Shown: in pieces, positions 26,609 through 35,030 of the stretch
Layout: the number at the start of each line of letters is the position of its first letter
Position numbering within the stretch: position 1 is the first letter of the stretch
From: a virus
Taxonomy: Duplodnaviria > Heunggongvirae > Uroviricota > Caudoviricetes
Strand: one strand, 5' to 3'
DNA: 35,546 nt
Virus record (IMG/VR): IMGVR_UViG_2778261064_000019
Program-made: the position numbers and the translations under genes
The notes under the pieces: model-generated
What the model was told of the DNA's origin: nothing
What the model saw: the letters and a program-made list of their open reading frames with translations, nothing else
The model's database searches: none

Positions 26609-26797
26609 ATGGCGAAGAATAGCAGTCCTGCCAGCCGATACGGTATCAAGGTCGTAAAAAGAGACAGTATGAGCGGGCAGTTTGTACCCGTCGAAATGAA
26701 GCTGGACGGCCCGGAAGGTGAGCGTGTGATTAAAAAGTCGGCAGAGCGTATTTATGCCAGACACAACAAAGTCATTAAGGCGCTGGCTAACCGATGA
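26609..26797 (+). CDS. Putative antitoxin partner of Doc (family unassigned)
   Basis: 62-aa ORF whose stop overlaps the doc ATG (ATGA), the classic coupled toxin-antitoxin arrangement. Sequence does not resemble Phd as recalled. Confidence 0.45.
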   Translation: MAKNSSPASRYGIKVVKRDSMSGQFVPVEMKLDGPEGERVIKKSAERIYARHNKVIKALANR

Positions 26798-27171
26798 TTG
26801 ATGCACATTTGGTGATTGGAATTCACGACTTTATTCTTGCTCATGAGCCGGGATTGGTTGGTTATCAGGATGCTGGCCGGGTCGAGGCAACACTGGCACG
26901 GGTGGATAACCGTATTCTGTATGAGCAGATGAATGATATTTTCCAGATCGCCGCATCTTATGCGGTTGCCATCGCCAGAGGGCACGTTTTTGCTGATGCC
27001 AACAAGCGAACGGCACTGGTGACGGCGTTGACATACCTTGATATGCAGGGTGTGAACCTCAAGCGAACACAAAAGCTGGAAGATATTATGGTGGATGTGG
27101 CTGAGGGAACGCTAAATCTGGATGATTTAGCCGATATTTTCTATACCCTTAGTGATGTAAATGCTTCCTGA
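26794..27171 (+). CDS. doc: Doc (death-on-curing) / Fic-family toxin
   Basis: 125-aa ORF with the Fic/Doc active-site motif HVFADANKRTAL. Confidence 0.8.
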   Translation: MIDAHLVIGIHDFILAHEPGLVGYQDAGRVEATLARVDNRILYEQMNDIFQIAASYAVAIARGHVFADANKRTALVTALTYLDMQGVNLKRTQKLEDIMVDVAEGTLNLDDLADIFYTLSDVNAS

Positions 27172-27176
27172 CGTTA

Positions 27177-27201
27177 CAGCCCGACAGATCGGGCTGTTTT
27201 T
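27177..27201 (+). terminator. Rho-independent terminator after doc
   Basis: 8-bp stem CAGCCCGA / TCGGGCTG with a 4-nt loop, followed by TTTTT. Confidence 0.6.
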
Positions 27202-27203
27202 AA

Positions 27204-27440
27204 TTATGCCGCCTCAATACCCGCGTTGGTTAACATATAGTGGCCCCAGTGGTTTTTTTTCAGGTAACCGGCCAGTTCCATCTGCGTCACAATAAATTCA
27301 GCGTTAACCATTTCTATACCTGCGTAGTCGGCCAGATCGCGCAGCGGCCATGTGCTGCGAACGCCGACGCTAACTATGGTGTCTCTGATGCGGCGAGCGG
27401 TATCGGTCATTGGGCGGGTTCTGGCTGCCTGAATAGTCAT
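27204..27440 (-). CDS. Hypothetical protein
   Basis: 78-aa ORF downstream of gpL on the minus strand. No family recognised. Confidence 0.4.
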   Translation of the reverse strand: MTIQAARTRPMTDTARRIRDTIVSVGVRSTWPLRDLADYAGIEMVNAEFIVTQMELAGYLKKNHWGHYMLTNAGIEAA

Positions 27441-27556
27441 GGTATTTTCCCCTGTAGATTCTTTCTGTTAGGTCAGACACTAACTCTGGTGGGGAAGGGG
27501 CATCCAGCGTTCAGATGAGGCGATACGGTGATGCGCATCGCATATCCGTACTCTTT

Positions 27557-28024
27557 TTATACCAGAACAAACGTACTGCGCGGCTTGCCCAGAATATCCC
27601 GCACGGCGAAGCGGGCATCGCGCGCCAGATCGTCGGCGGTGCTTTCCTTCTGTTCCGCCAGTTTGCTGCCGTGGGCGGTGGCATCAAAGTTACGGTAGCG
27701 TTCCAGCAGGTTTGCGTGCGTCAGGCTGTACACCGCGTAGCGGTAGCGGTGCAGGTTAACGCTTTCGCCGTCCAGCCGTTCGGTAGTAGTTTCCACAATG
27801 CCGGTTGTGCCACGGCTTTCCTGCTCCAGCCGCCATTCCCGCAGGTCGTCGTTCACGCTGGCCAGCGCAATCAGCAGCGCCTCGCGCAGCCGTTCGTTGG
27901 TGATGGTGCTGTCCAGCGGTTGGGTTGCACGCAGATGTTGCGTATCGATATTGGGAAAGAAAGGGTGGTTGCTGATAACCAGCCCCGGCAGACTGGCGGC
28001 GGGGGCAACCTGAATAAAGCTCAT
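27557..28024 (-). CDS. L: Head completion protein gpL-like
   Basis: Start set at ATG 28024 (MSFIQVAPAAS..., GGGAGA RBS upstream); the longer ORF would overlap gpM. Size about 155 aa, as P2 L. Confidence 0.75.
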   Translation of the reverse strand: MSFIQVAPAASLPGLVISNHPFFPNIDTQHLRATQPLDSTITNERLREALLIALASVNDDLREWRLEQESRGTTGIVETTTERLDGESVNLHRYRYAVYSLTHANLLERYRNFDATAHGSKLAEQKESTADDLARDARFAVRDILGKPRSTFVLV

Positions 28025-28109
28025 TATATTCTCCCTGTTCGGCGGTGGACGGCGGGCGTTGCAGTGGTAAAACCACGCGCGGCCAGCCGTGCCGCCGGTC
28101 GTGAGGGTC

Positions 28110-28763
28110 TCACTCGGTAGGCTGACTGTTGCGAATTTGTCGCTCCAGTTGCTCAATCAGCTTTTTCACGCCGACGTTCTCATCCAGTTGTAGCGCGCGC
28201 TGGAACTGCGCCAGCGCCTCCTGCGGCTGGCTTTCGCTGTGTGCCAGCCCCAATGCCTTGTGCAGGCGAGCGCGAACCTGATCCGGCATGTCCTGATCGG
28301 CTAACAGCCCGGCAAAGGCCAGCAGGCTGTCCAGCGCCGCAAAGGTACCGGCGGTAAGCTGTTTCAGGGTGGTGTCGGCGACCTCTTCAGCCACCATGCA
28401 GGCGGTCTGCCGCTGGTACTGATCCGGCGTTACCCAGCCGTGTTTCAGGGCGTGTTCCGCCATGGGGTAGGCAGCGGGAAAGTCGCCGGTATCCAGCGTC
28501 CAGAGCAGCACCGTCATAAACACATCGTCCTGCTGTTGGCTGTCGGCAGCCAGAACGCCGCTTACCCATGGCTGGTAATCGGGCAGCAGTTCACCCTTAA
28601 CCTCGATTTTGCGTTCAATGGACTGGATCGCTTTCAGGCGGCGTTTATCGGTTGCCAGCTTTGCCAGCATCAGTTCATAGCCGCTGGCGTAGGTCTGATT
28701 TTCCTGTTGATTTGCGGCCTGCGCCTGATGGCGCAGCAGGTGGCGGCGGGCAGGCGTCATCAT
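28110..28763 (-). CDS. M: Terminase small subunit gpM-like
   Basis: 217-aa ORF between the capsid gene and L, as in P2. Confidence 0.75.
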   Translation of the reverse strand: MMTPARRHLLRHQAQAANQQENQTYASGYELMLAKLATDKRRLKAIQSIERKIEVKGELLPDYQPWVSGVLAADSQQQDDVFMTVLLWTLDTGDFPAAYPMAEHALKHGWVTPDQYQRQTACMVAEEVADTTLKQLTAGTFAALDSLLAFAGLLADQDMPDQVRARLHKALGLAHSESQPQEALAQFQRALQLDENVGVKKLIEQLERQIRNSQPTE

Positions 28764-29779
28764 GCGTCTTTATCCTCAAACTTGATGTTTTCAAACAGGC
28801 AACCGCAGCCGAAGTCTTCCACCACAAAGGCATCGTTGGAAGACTCGAAGTTCTCTACCCGGTCACGTTTGGGGTTATCAATAATGGCGCGGCGGCGGGT
28901 GCCTTTCTGGACATAGATAGACAGGTTACTGAAGGCGGTGACCAGAATGGTGTTGTGCGGGAAACCCGGCACGCGCACGGCAGGGCGACTGCCGATGGTT
29001 TTCTGGCTGACCAGAATCTGCCCCGCCAGTTTTTCGCTGTTCTCATTGTGCTGGTTGAGGATCGGGAAGTATTTGTCGTGCAGGACGCCACGGCCACAAA
29101 TGGCGACCAGATCTGCGCCGTCGACATGCCATTCGTCAATCAGGTTTTCTTCGCCGTCATTGACCATGGCGTCCAGATTCTCATAGTCGCCGCCTTTGCC
29201 AATGATGATTTTGCCGGAACCTTCCACACCTTCGTTCATGACGCGTTCCGGGGCGTGATCGCGATACTGCTGCAGCCAGCCTTTGTTAACGTCCTGCAGA
29301 AGGGGGTAACGCTGGAAGTCGGTCTGGGCTGCAACGAGGATACCGTTGAAGCCAATCAGGATGCGGTCTAATCCCTGTCGCCGGGTGATGCTGTCGCGCA
29401 CGCGGATCTGAAAATCTGGGTGGGCGGCCCATGCGTCCAGTTTGGCGTATTTCAGCGCGGTATCGTAGTTGGTTTTTTCGCAGCGGTAGCGGTTAGTCGT
29501 CATTGACGTGGGGTCGACGGGTTCACGTTCACGCTGACTGGTATCGGTACGACTGGCCGTGGGGCGATCAATGCCGATACCGACTTTTTCACCTTCCTGA
29601 TCCACCACTTCATGGACGTTGATTTTGGTCAGGAATTCTACGGACGCCTGAATTTTGGTTTCCAGCGTCTGCTGTACGGAAGGTTCTACCGTGAATTCGA
29701 CGGCGGCGCTCTGGACACCGGACAGCCCGGCGACGGTTTCAACGTAAGCGTTGTATTTTAAGCGGGTTTCGTTACGCAT
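28760..29779 (-). CDS. N: Major capsid protein gpN-like
   Basis: 339-aa ORF following the scaffold gene, size as P2 N. Confidence 0.85.
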   Translation of the reverse strand: MRNETRLKYNAYVETVAGLSGVQSAAVEFTVEPSVQQTLETKIQASVEFLTKINVHEVVDQEGEKVGIGIDRPTASRTDTSQREREPVDPTSMTTNRYRCEKTNYDTALKYAKLDAWAAHPDFQIRVRDSITRRQGLDRILIGFNGILVAAQTDFQRYPLLQDVNKGWLQQYRDHAPERVMNEGVEGSGKIIIGKGGDYENLDAMVNDGEENLIDEWHVDGADLVAICGRGVLHDKYFPILNQHNENSEKLAGQILVSQKTIGSRPAVRVPGFPHNTILVTAFSNLSIYVQKGTRRRAIIDNPKRDRVENFESSNDAFVVEDFGCGCLFENIKFEDKDA

Positions 29780-29789
29780 CGGGGGTTCC

Positions 29790-30617
29790 TTAACAGTCGG
29801 TTTTCAGGTCGGTGTTGCCACCGGTGGCAGGCTGGCGCGGCGGTGTGGCCGGTTGTTTTGCAAGCTGAGTTTTCAGCGTGGAATAATCGGTCTGTAGCTG
29901 CTGATGCTGCGTTTGCAGCTCAGACAGCTCAGCGCGAATTTGGTCGACCTGTTCGCTACAGAACGTCGCTACTTCCTCCACCGCCAGATGCACGTCGTCC
30001 CGTTGCTGGTCGTCGTGGTTCTGCTTTTTACTTAACAGCGCCTTGATGCGGGTAAACAGAGATTCGCCGCTGCTTTCCTCCACTTCTTCAAACTCCAGTT
30101 CAATCTCTTCTGCCACGCTGAAAATGTTCTCCGGCGAGCGTTTACGCGCCGCCAGCGGGTTGCTTTGCGCGCTGGCGCAGAAGGAGAGCATTTCGGTGCC
30201 GAGGCTGGCCGGATCGTCGGTGACCGCCAGCCCGACCAGATAGGCTTTGCCCGTGTCGGCAAATTTCGGATTGACTTCCACCGAGGTATAAACCTTCTGC
30301 CCTTTGCGGTTCATTTCGACCAGCGAATCCGTTGGGGCCAGACGCGCCAGCAGCGCCAGTTTGCCTTTCAGGGGACCGTCTTCGGCGATCTCTTCTTTCT
30401 TCACCATCGCCACGTCGCCGTAGCGCTGGAACGGGCCGTCCGGCAGGATGCCTTTCAGGTGCTCCAGATTAATGCGCGCGCCGTACACTTTTGGGCTGTA
30501 TGTATCGGCCATTTGCTCGATCCACTGGCGTTCAATCGTGCGCTTGTCGCAGGTTGCGCCTTCTACGGCGATACGCACCCATTTAGAGAGCAGTTTTTTC
30601 TTTGGCTTTTTGTCCAT
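29790..30617 (-). CDS. O: Capsid scaffolding protein gpO-like
   Basis: 275-aa ORF with an acidic coiled-coil C-terminal half, first gene of the minus-strand head operon, divergent from P. Confidence 0.85.
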   Translation of the reverse strand: MDKKPKKKLLSKWVRIAVEGATCDKRTIERQWIEQMADTYSPKVYGARINLEHLKGILPDGPFQRYGDVAMVKKEEIAEDGPLKGKLALLARLAPTDSLVEMNRKGQKVYTSVEVNPKFADTGKAYLVGLAVTDDPASLGTEMLSFCASAQSNPLAARKRSPENIFSVAEEIELEFEEVEESSGESLFTRIKALLSKKQNHDDQQRDDVHLAVEEVATFCSEQVDQIRAELSELQTQHQQLQTDYSTLKTQLAKQPATPPRQPATGGNTDLKTDC

Positions 30618-30689
30618 AACGTTCAGTCCCGGCGTTGGCTAAATAAGCGAATGGTCGGGTAGTCCTCCGCTATCAGGCAACGGGCTTCG

Positions 30690-30712
30690 CTTGTAATCAT
30701 CCGGGTTACAAG
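30690..30712. promoter_or_regulatory. Dyad CTTGTA-N11-TACAAG in the O/P divergent intergenic region
   Basis: Inverted repeat at the centre of the 155-bp gap between the divergent O and P genes. Confidence 0.5.
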
Positions 30713-30772
30713 CGGCATTGCTACGCGCAGACAGCGGCTTGTTTACGCTGACGGCAGAAACGAGAGGACGTT

Positions 30773-32557
30773 ATGCCGCCAGACATCGAAAAACATCTGC
30801 TTGCCCTTCAGGACGAAGATCCACGCCGTAAAGCCCGCTATCTGTACTGGCAGGGTTTTCGCATTGCGCGGATCGCTGAACTATTGGGGGTGAAAGTTAC
30901 CACGCTGCATAGCTGGAAGCGGCGCGATGGCTGGGACGAATCCGCCCCGCTGGAGCGGGTGACGGCGGTGACCGAAGCGCGGCTGATCCAGCTCACGGTG
31001 AAGGAAAATAAGGAGGGAAAGGATTTTAAGGAGATCGACCTGCTCTGGCGGCAGATGGAGCGCGGGGCAAGGGTTGAACGCTATCAGCAGGGGGGCAATG
31101 AGGTCGACCTGAACCCTGCTCTTGCGAAGCGTAACGCCGGGCCGCGCAGACAGCCGGAAACCAACCATATCAGCGAGGAGCAGGCGGAGAAGCTGAAACA
31201 GTTATTTCTGGACGGACTGTATCCGCACCAGAAACACTGGTACCGCGCCGGGCTGGAACACCGTATCCGCGATATCAACAAGTCGCGCCAGATTGGGGCG
31301 ACGATGTTCTTCGGGCGGGAAGGATTTATGGATGCGGTGGAGAGCGGGCGCAACCAGATCTTTCTCTCGGCCTCCAAAGCGCAGGCGCACCAGTTCCGCC
31401 AGTACATTGTCGATTTTGCTCGTGAGGCGGATGTTGAGCTGAAGGGCGAAGTCATTCACTTGCCGCATAATGATAGCCGGATGTATTTTCTCGGCACCAA
31501 TGCCCGCACCGCCCAGACCTATCATGGCAACCTGTATCTGGATGAATACTTCTGGATACACCGCTTTTTGGAACTGCGCCGTAACGCGGCGGGGATGGCC
31601 AGCCAGAAACGCTGGCGGCAGACCTACTTTTCCACACCGTCCAGCATTACCCACGAAGCCTATAAGTTCTGGACAGGGCAACTGTTCAACAAGGGCAGGC
31701 CGAAGAGCGAACAGATTCGACTGGATATCAGCCATCGGGCGCTGGCGGCGGGGCGTCTGTGTGAAGACGGCCAGTGGCGGCAAATCGTCACCGTTGAGGA
31801 TGCCATCAATCAGGGTTATGACCTGTTCGACCTTGAGCAACTCAGGCTGGAGAACTCGCCGGAAGAGTTCGCCAACCTGTTTATGTGCCAGTTTATCGAC
31901 GATACCGCATCGGTATTCCCACTAAGCATGTTGCAGGGTTGCATGGTCGATAGCTGGGAAGTCTGGGACGACTACAAGCCGTTTGCCCTGCGTCCGCTCG
32001 GCGAACGCTCGGTGTGGGTGGGGTACGATCCCGCATTAAGCGGTGACAGCGCCGGGTGCGTGATGGTCGCGCCGCCGGTCATTGAGGGCGGCAAGTTTCG
32101 GGTAATTGAAAAGCACCAGTGGCACGGGATGGACTTCGCGGCGCAGGCGGAAAATATCCGCAAAATTACCGAGCGCTATAACGTGACTTACATCGGTATT
32201 GACGTGACCGGCATCGGCCACGGCGTGCATCAACTGGTGAAACAGTTCTTCCCGGCAGTGCAGGCATTCTCTTATTCCCCAGAAGTGAAACAGCGTCTGG
32301 TGCTGAAAACGCTGGACGTTGTCCGTAAACGCCGACTGGAGTTTGACGCCGGATGGACGGATCTGGCGCAGGCGTTTATGGCAATTCGCAAAACCCTGAC
32401 TCCGTCCGGGCGTCAGGTGACCTTCGAGGCCAGCCGTTCGGAAGAAGTCTCCCACGCGGATCTGGCATGGGCGTGTATGCACGCCATTATCAATGAACCA
32501 CTGGAAAGCTCCGGCGGCGCGAACAGCGGGCGGGGCTTAATTAAGGTGTACGGATGA
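30773..32557 (+). CDS. P: Terminase large (ATPase) subunit gpP-like
   Basis: 594-aa ORF, size and divergent position as P2 P. Confidence 0.9.
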   Translation: MPPDIEKHLLALQDEDPRRKARYLYWQGFRIARIAELLGVKVTTLHSWKRRDGWDESAPLERVTAVTEARLIQLTVKENKEGKDFKEIDLLWRQMERGARVERYQQGGNEVDLNPALAKRNAGPRRQPETNHISEEQAEKLKQLFLDGLYPHQKHWYRAGLEHRIRDINKSRQIGATMFFGREGFMDAVESGRNQIFLSASKAQAHQFRQYIVDFAREADVELKGEVIHLPHNDSRMYFLGTNARTAQTYHGNLYLDEYFWIHRFLELRRNAAGMASQKRWRQTYFSTPSSITHEAYKFWTGQLFNKGRPKSEQIRLDISHRALAAGRLCEDGQWRQIVTVEDAINQGYDLFDLEQLRLENSPEEFANLFMCQFIDDTASVFPLSMLQGCMVDSWEVWDDYKPFALRPLGERSVWVGYDPALSGDSAGCVMVAPPVIEGGKFRVIEKHQWHGMDFAAQAENIRKITERYNVTYIGIDVTGIGHGVHQLVKQFFPAVQAFSYSPEVKQRLVLKTLDVVRKRRLEFDAGWTDLAQAFMAIRKTLTPSGRQVTFEASRSEEVSHADLAWACMHAIINEPLESSGGANSGRGLIKVYG

Positions 32558-33534
32558 ATAACTCAATGGCTTTCACCTTCGGTGAACCTGAAGCCCTGCT
32601 GGACAGGCGGGAAATACTGAACTATCTGGAGTGCGTGGACTTTGGCAAATGGTATGCGCCGCCGGTGGATTTTAATTCGCTGGCGCTGTCGTTCCGCGCT
32701 TCGGCGCATCATACCAGCCCGATCTGCGTGAAGCGCAACGTGCTGGTTGGTACCTTCATACCTCATCCGTTGTTGACCCGGCAGGCGTTCAGCCGCCTTG
32801 CGCTGGACTATCTGGTATTCGGCAATGCCTATCTGGAGCGGCAGGATAACCGGCTGGGCCAGCCGTTAACGCTGGTGCCTGCGCTGGCGAAGTATGTCCG
32901 GCGCGGCAAGGCGCTGGACAGCTATTTCTTTGTTCAGCCCGGTAAAGTGGATCATGAGTTTGCGTCGGGCAGTATCGGCCACCTGCTGGAGCCGGATATC
33001 AATCAGGAAATCTACGGCCTGTCGGAATACCTCTCTGCGCTGAACGCGGCATGGCTGGATAACTCCGCCACGCTGTTTCGCCGTCGTTACTACAAGAACG
33101 GCAGTCATGCCGGTTTCATCCTCTACCTGAGCGACCCGGCCCACAACGAGGCGGATATTGGGGCGTTACAGGAAGCGCTAGCGAACAGCCGTGGCCCCGG
33201 CAACTTCCGCAATCTGCTGATGTATCTGCCGAACGGCAAGCCAGACAGCGTAAAGGTTATCCCGATTGGCGAGGTGGCGGCGAAAGATAACTTCTCCGAT
33301 ATCAAGAGTGTCAGCCGTGACGACCAGTTAGCTGCGCACCGGGTACCACCTGCGCTCATGGGCGTGGTACCGAGTAACGCCGGTGGCTTTGGTGATGCCA
33401 TCAAAGCGGCGAAGGTATTCAACTGCAATGAGATCGAGCCGCTACAGGAACGGTTCAAGGAGCTGAACGACTGGCTGGGGCTGGAGGTTATTCGCTTCAA
33501 AAAGTACCGCCTTGCCGACGACGATTCAGAGTAA
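32554..33534 (+). CDS. Q: Portal protein gpQ-like
   Basis: 326-aa ORF overlapping the P stop by 4 bp. Confidence 0.85.
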   Translation: MNNSMAFTFGEPEALLDRREILNYLECVDFGKWYAPPVDFNSLALSFRASAHHTSPICVKRNVLVGTFIPHPLLTRQAFSRLALDYLVFGNAYLERQDNRLGQPLTLVPALAKYVRRGKALDSYFFVQPGKVDHEFASGSIGHLLEPDINQEIYGLSEYLSALNAAWLDNSATLFRRRYYKNGSHAGFILYLSDPAHNEADIGALQEALANSRGPGNFRNLLMYLPNGKPDSVKVIPIGEVAAKDNFSDIKSVSRDDQLAAHRVPPALMGVVPSNAGGFGDAIKAAKVFNCNEIEPLQERFKELNDWLGLEVIRFKKYRLADDDSE

Positions 33535-33579
33535 CCCCACCAACGACCAGCTCACTATCAGAGCCACCATGCGCCATTC

Positions 33580-33603
33580 AGCCCGCTTCCTGCGGGCTTT
33601 TTT
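33580..33603 (+). terminator. Rho-independent terminator after the portal gene
   Basis: Stem AGCCCGC / GCGGGCT with a 5-nt loop, followed by TTTTT. Confidence 0.65.
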
Positions 33604-33853
33604 ACGCCTTCTCACCGCCAGAATCCCCGGTCAGCACCGCCAGCGCGCGGTTGTGACCCCGCCACGCCTGCGCAGTAAATAGATCGCTTTTTTTGCACTG
33701 GTGCGTAAGCGTCGGAGCGGGCCATAACGGGAGGGCGTGGTCGGGTTGCAGTTGCAGCAGAATCATGCGGATTTATACGCCCTGTGTATGCGCCAGAGAC
33801 GATCGGGAGGGCAATGCCACGATCCTTTCGGTATTTTTGGATCGCCTGTCGGG

Positions 33854-34138
33854 AAAAGGTAACCTCAGTAATTAGCAGTAAAAATAATGCTTATTCTATT
33901 GTTTATAAAAGAGAAATTTGGTTACCCCTAAAAGGTAATCTGAGGTAACCCAAAAGGTAACCTGTTTTATATTTTCATATAAATCATGATGTTACAAATT
34001 AGAAGACATCACTATTATAAAAGGTAACCTGATTACGCTTTGGTTACCAAAAGATTACCTTTCTCTGTTTTTGAAAAATCCTTTTTATTCATTAAGTTAT
34101 TTTGATTTTTCGTTGCAGGTTACTAAGGTTACCTTTTT
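33854..34138. repeat. Cluster of about nine AAAGGTAACC-type short repeats in both orientations
   Basis: GGTAACC/GGTTACC cores at 33858, 33920, 33944, 33956, 34023, 34042 and 34127, plus GGTAATC variants at 33933 and 34053. Most are flanked by an A-tract; three sit at 11-12 bp spacing (33933, 33944, 33956). Region is A/T-rich and non-coding. Confidence 0.7.
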
Positions 34139-34407
34139 CCGAAGTCCCCACGGACTTTGGTATATATAGATAGGTTAAAAAGTAGCCGTTATGTTTGCCA
34201 GCTATTTACTTCCCATTCTTCCACTGGCCAGCATGTTAATATGCCCGGTAATGATAACTAGTTGCCATTGGGTTACTTTCTTCTGTGGACGGTAAAACTG
34301 ACGGTAAATTGGGTTGTGGGTCTCGATTTAGATTAGTAAAATCAAGTGATTAAGTCGACTGTAGATAATCGAGTGGGAATGATTTGATCCCTGCACTATG
34401 AATTAGC

Positions 34408-34437
34408 AAAACCCTCTGTTACTACAGAGGGTTTTTT
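34408..34437. terminator. Bidirectional Rho-independent terminator
   Basis: 9-bp stem AACCCTCTG / CAGAGGGTT with a 6-nt loop, flanked by AAAA upstream and TTTTTT downstream. Lies just after the stop of the minus-strand gene 34476..35015. Confidence 0.6.
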
Positions 34438-34475
34438 ATACTCACGAATCATAGGATTGAAGTTACTGACATCGC

Positions 34476-35015
34476 TTAGTTAAACCAGCTGTCCGATTTG
34501 TTTTCTTCTGCTTTGCCCACGCTTTTCATCAGATCGCGACCGCCTTCAGTCATATTCCTGTTTGCGTCAGCTTCAGATTGCACCACATCGGTTTGCGCAG
34601 CTTTGTGCTTCAGTTCCTGATCGATAAATTCGTTTTCTCGCTTAACGCGGGCTTCTTCTTTCGCCAGCGCCAGTTTTTGTTTCTGAATCTCTAAGCTGCG
34701 TAGCTCATCTTCATAACTTTGATCGCGTTTCTTGTCCGCAGTGGCTTCGGCGTCCAGTTTATCCTGACGAGCTTTCTTATTCGCCGCTGCCGTTGCCGCT
34801 CTTTTATTAGCCGCGGCCTGGGCGTTTGCGCGACGTTGCTTCTCTTGCTGGATTTCCCTGTTGCGCTCCGCGACCCATTCGTCATGCTGCCTTTGCTCTT
34901 CGTTTTTACCTTGCTGTTCCGCTTCTGCGACAGCAGAGAGTTGATCCTGCAATGATGAGGCGATAGCCGGATAGCTTAAGGAGGCTAAGATGGCGCAAAG
35001 AAAAACTTTCTTCAT
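34476..35015 (-). CDS. Secreted coiled-coil protein (likely host-encoded)
   Basis: 179-aa ORF with a signal peptide (MKKVFLCAILASLSYPAIA) and a Lys/Glu/Ala-rich coiled-coil body. Confidence 0.5.
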   Translation of the reverse strand: MKKVFLCAILASLSYPAIASSLQDQLSAVAEAEQQGKNEEQRQHDEWVAERNREIQQEKQRRANAQAAANKRAATAAANKKARQDKLDAEATADKKRDQSYEDELRSLEIQKQKLALAKEEARVKRENEFIDQELKHKAAQTDVVQSEADANRNMTEGGRDLMKSVGKAEENKSDSWFN

Positions 35016-35030
35016 GACTCCTCCTGATTA

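Larger units (their letters stand above)
1..34140. mobile_element. Mosaic P2-family prophage (boundaries approximate; left att site outside window)
   Basis: Contiguous integrase, Ogr, complete P2-like tail, lysis, head and packaging genes, plus accessory cargo. The right limit is placed at the end of the repeat-rich non-coding region before the host-like genes. Confidence 0.7.

Noticed and set aside
33854-34138. Possible CRISPR array
   Set aside because: Repeats are only about 10 bp, irregularly spaced, present in both orientations, and there are no cas genes.
34140-34475. tRNA gene or att core at the right junction
   Set aside because: No tRNA-like sequence (T-arm GTTCGAATC-type motif or CCA end) was recognised by eye; without the left flank the att core cannot be identified.
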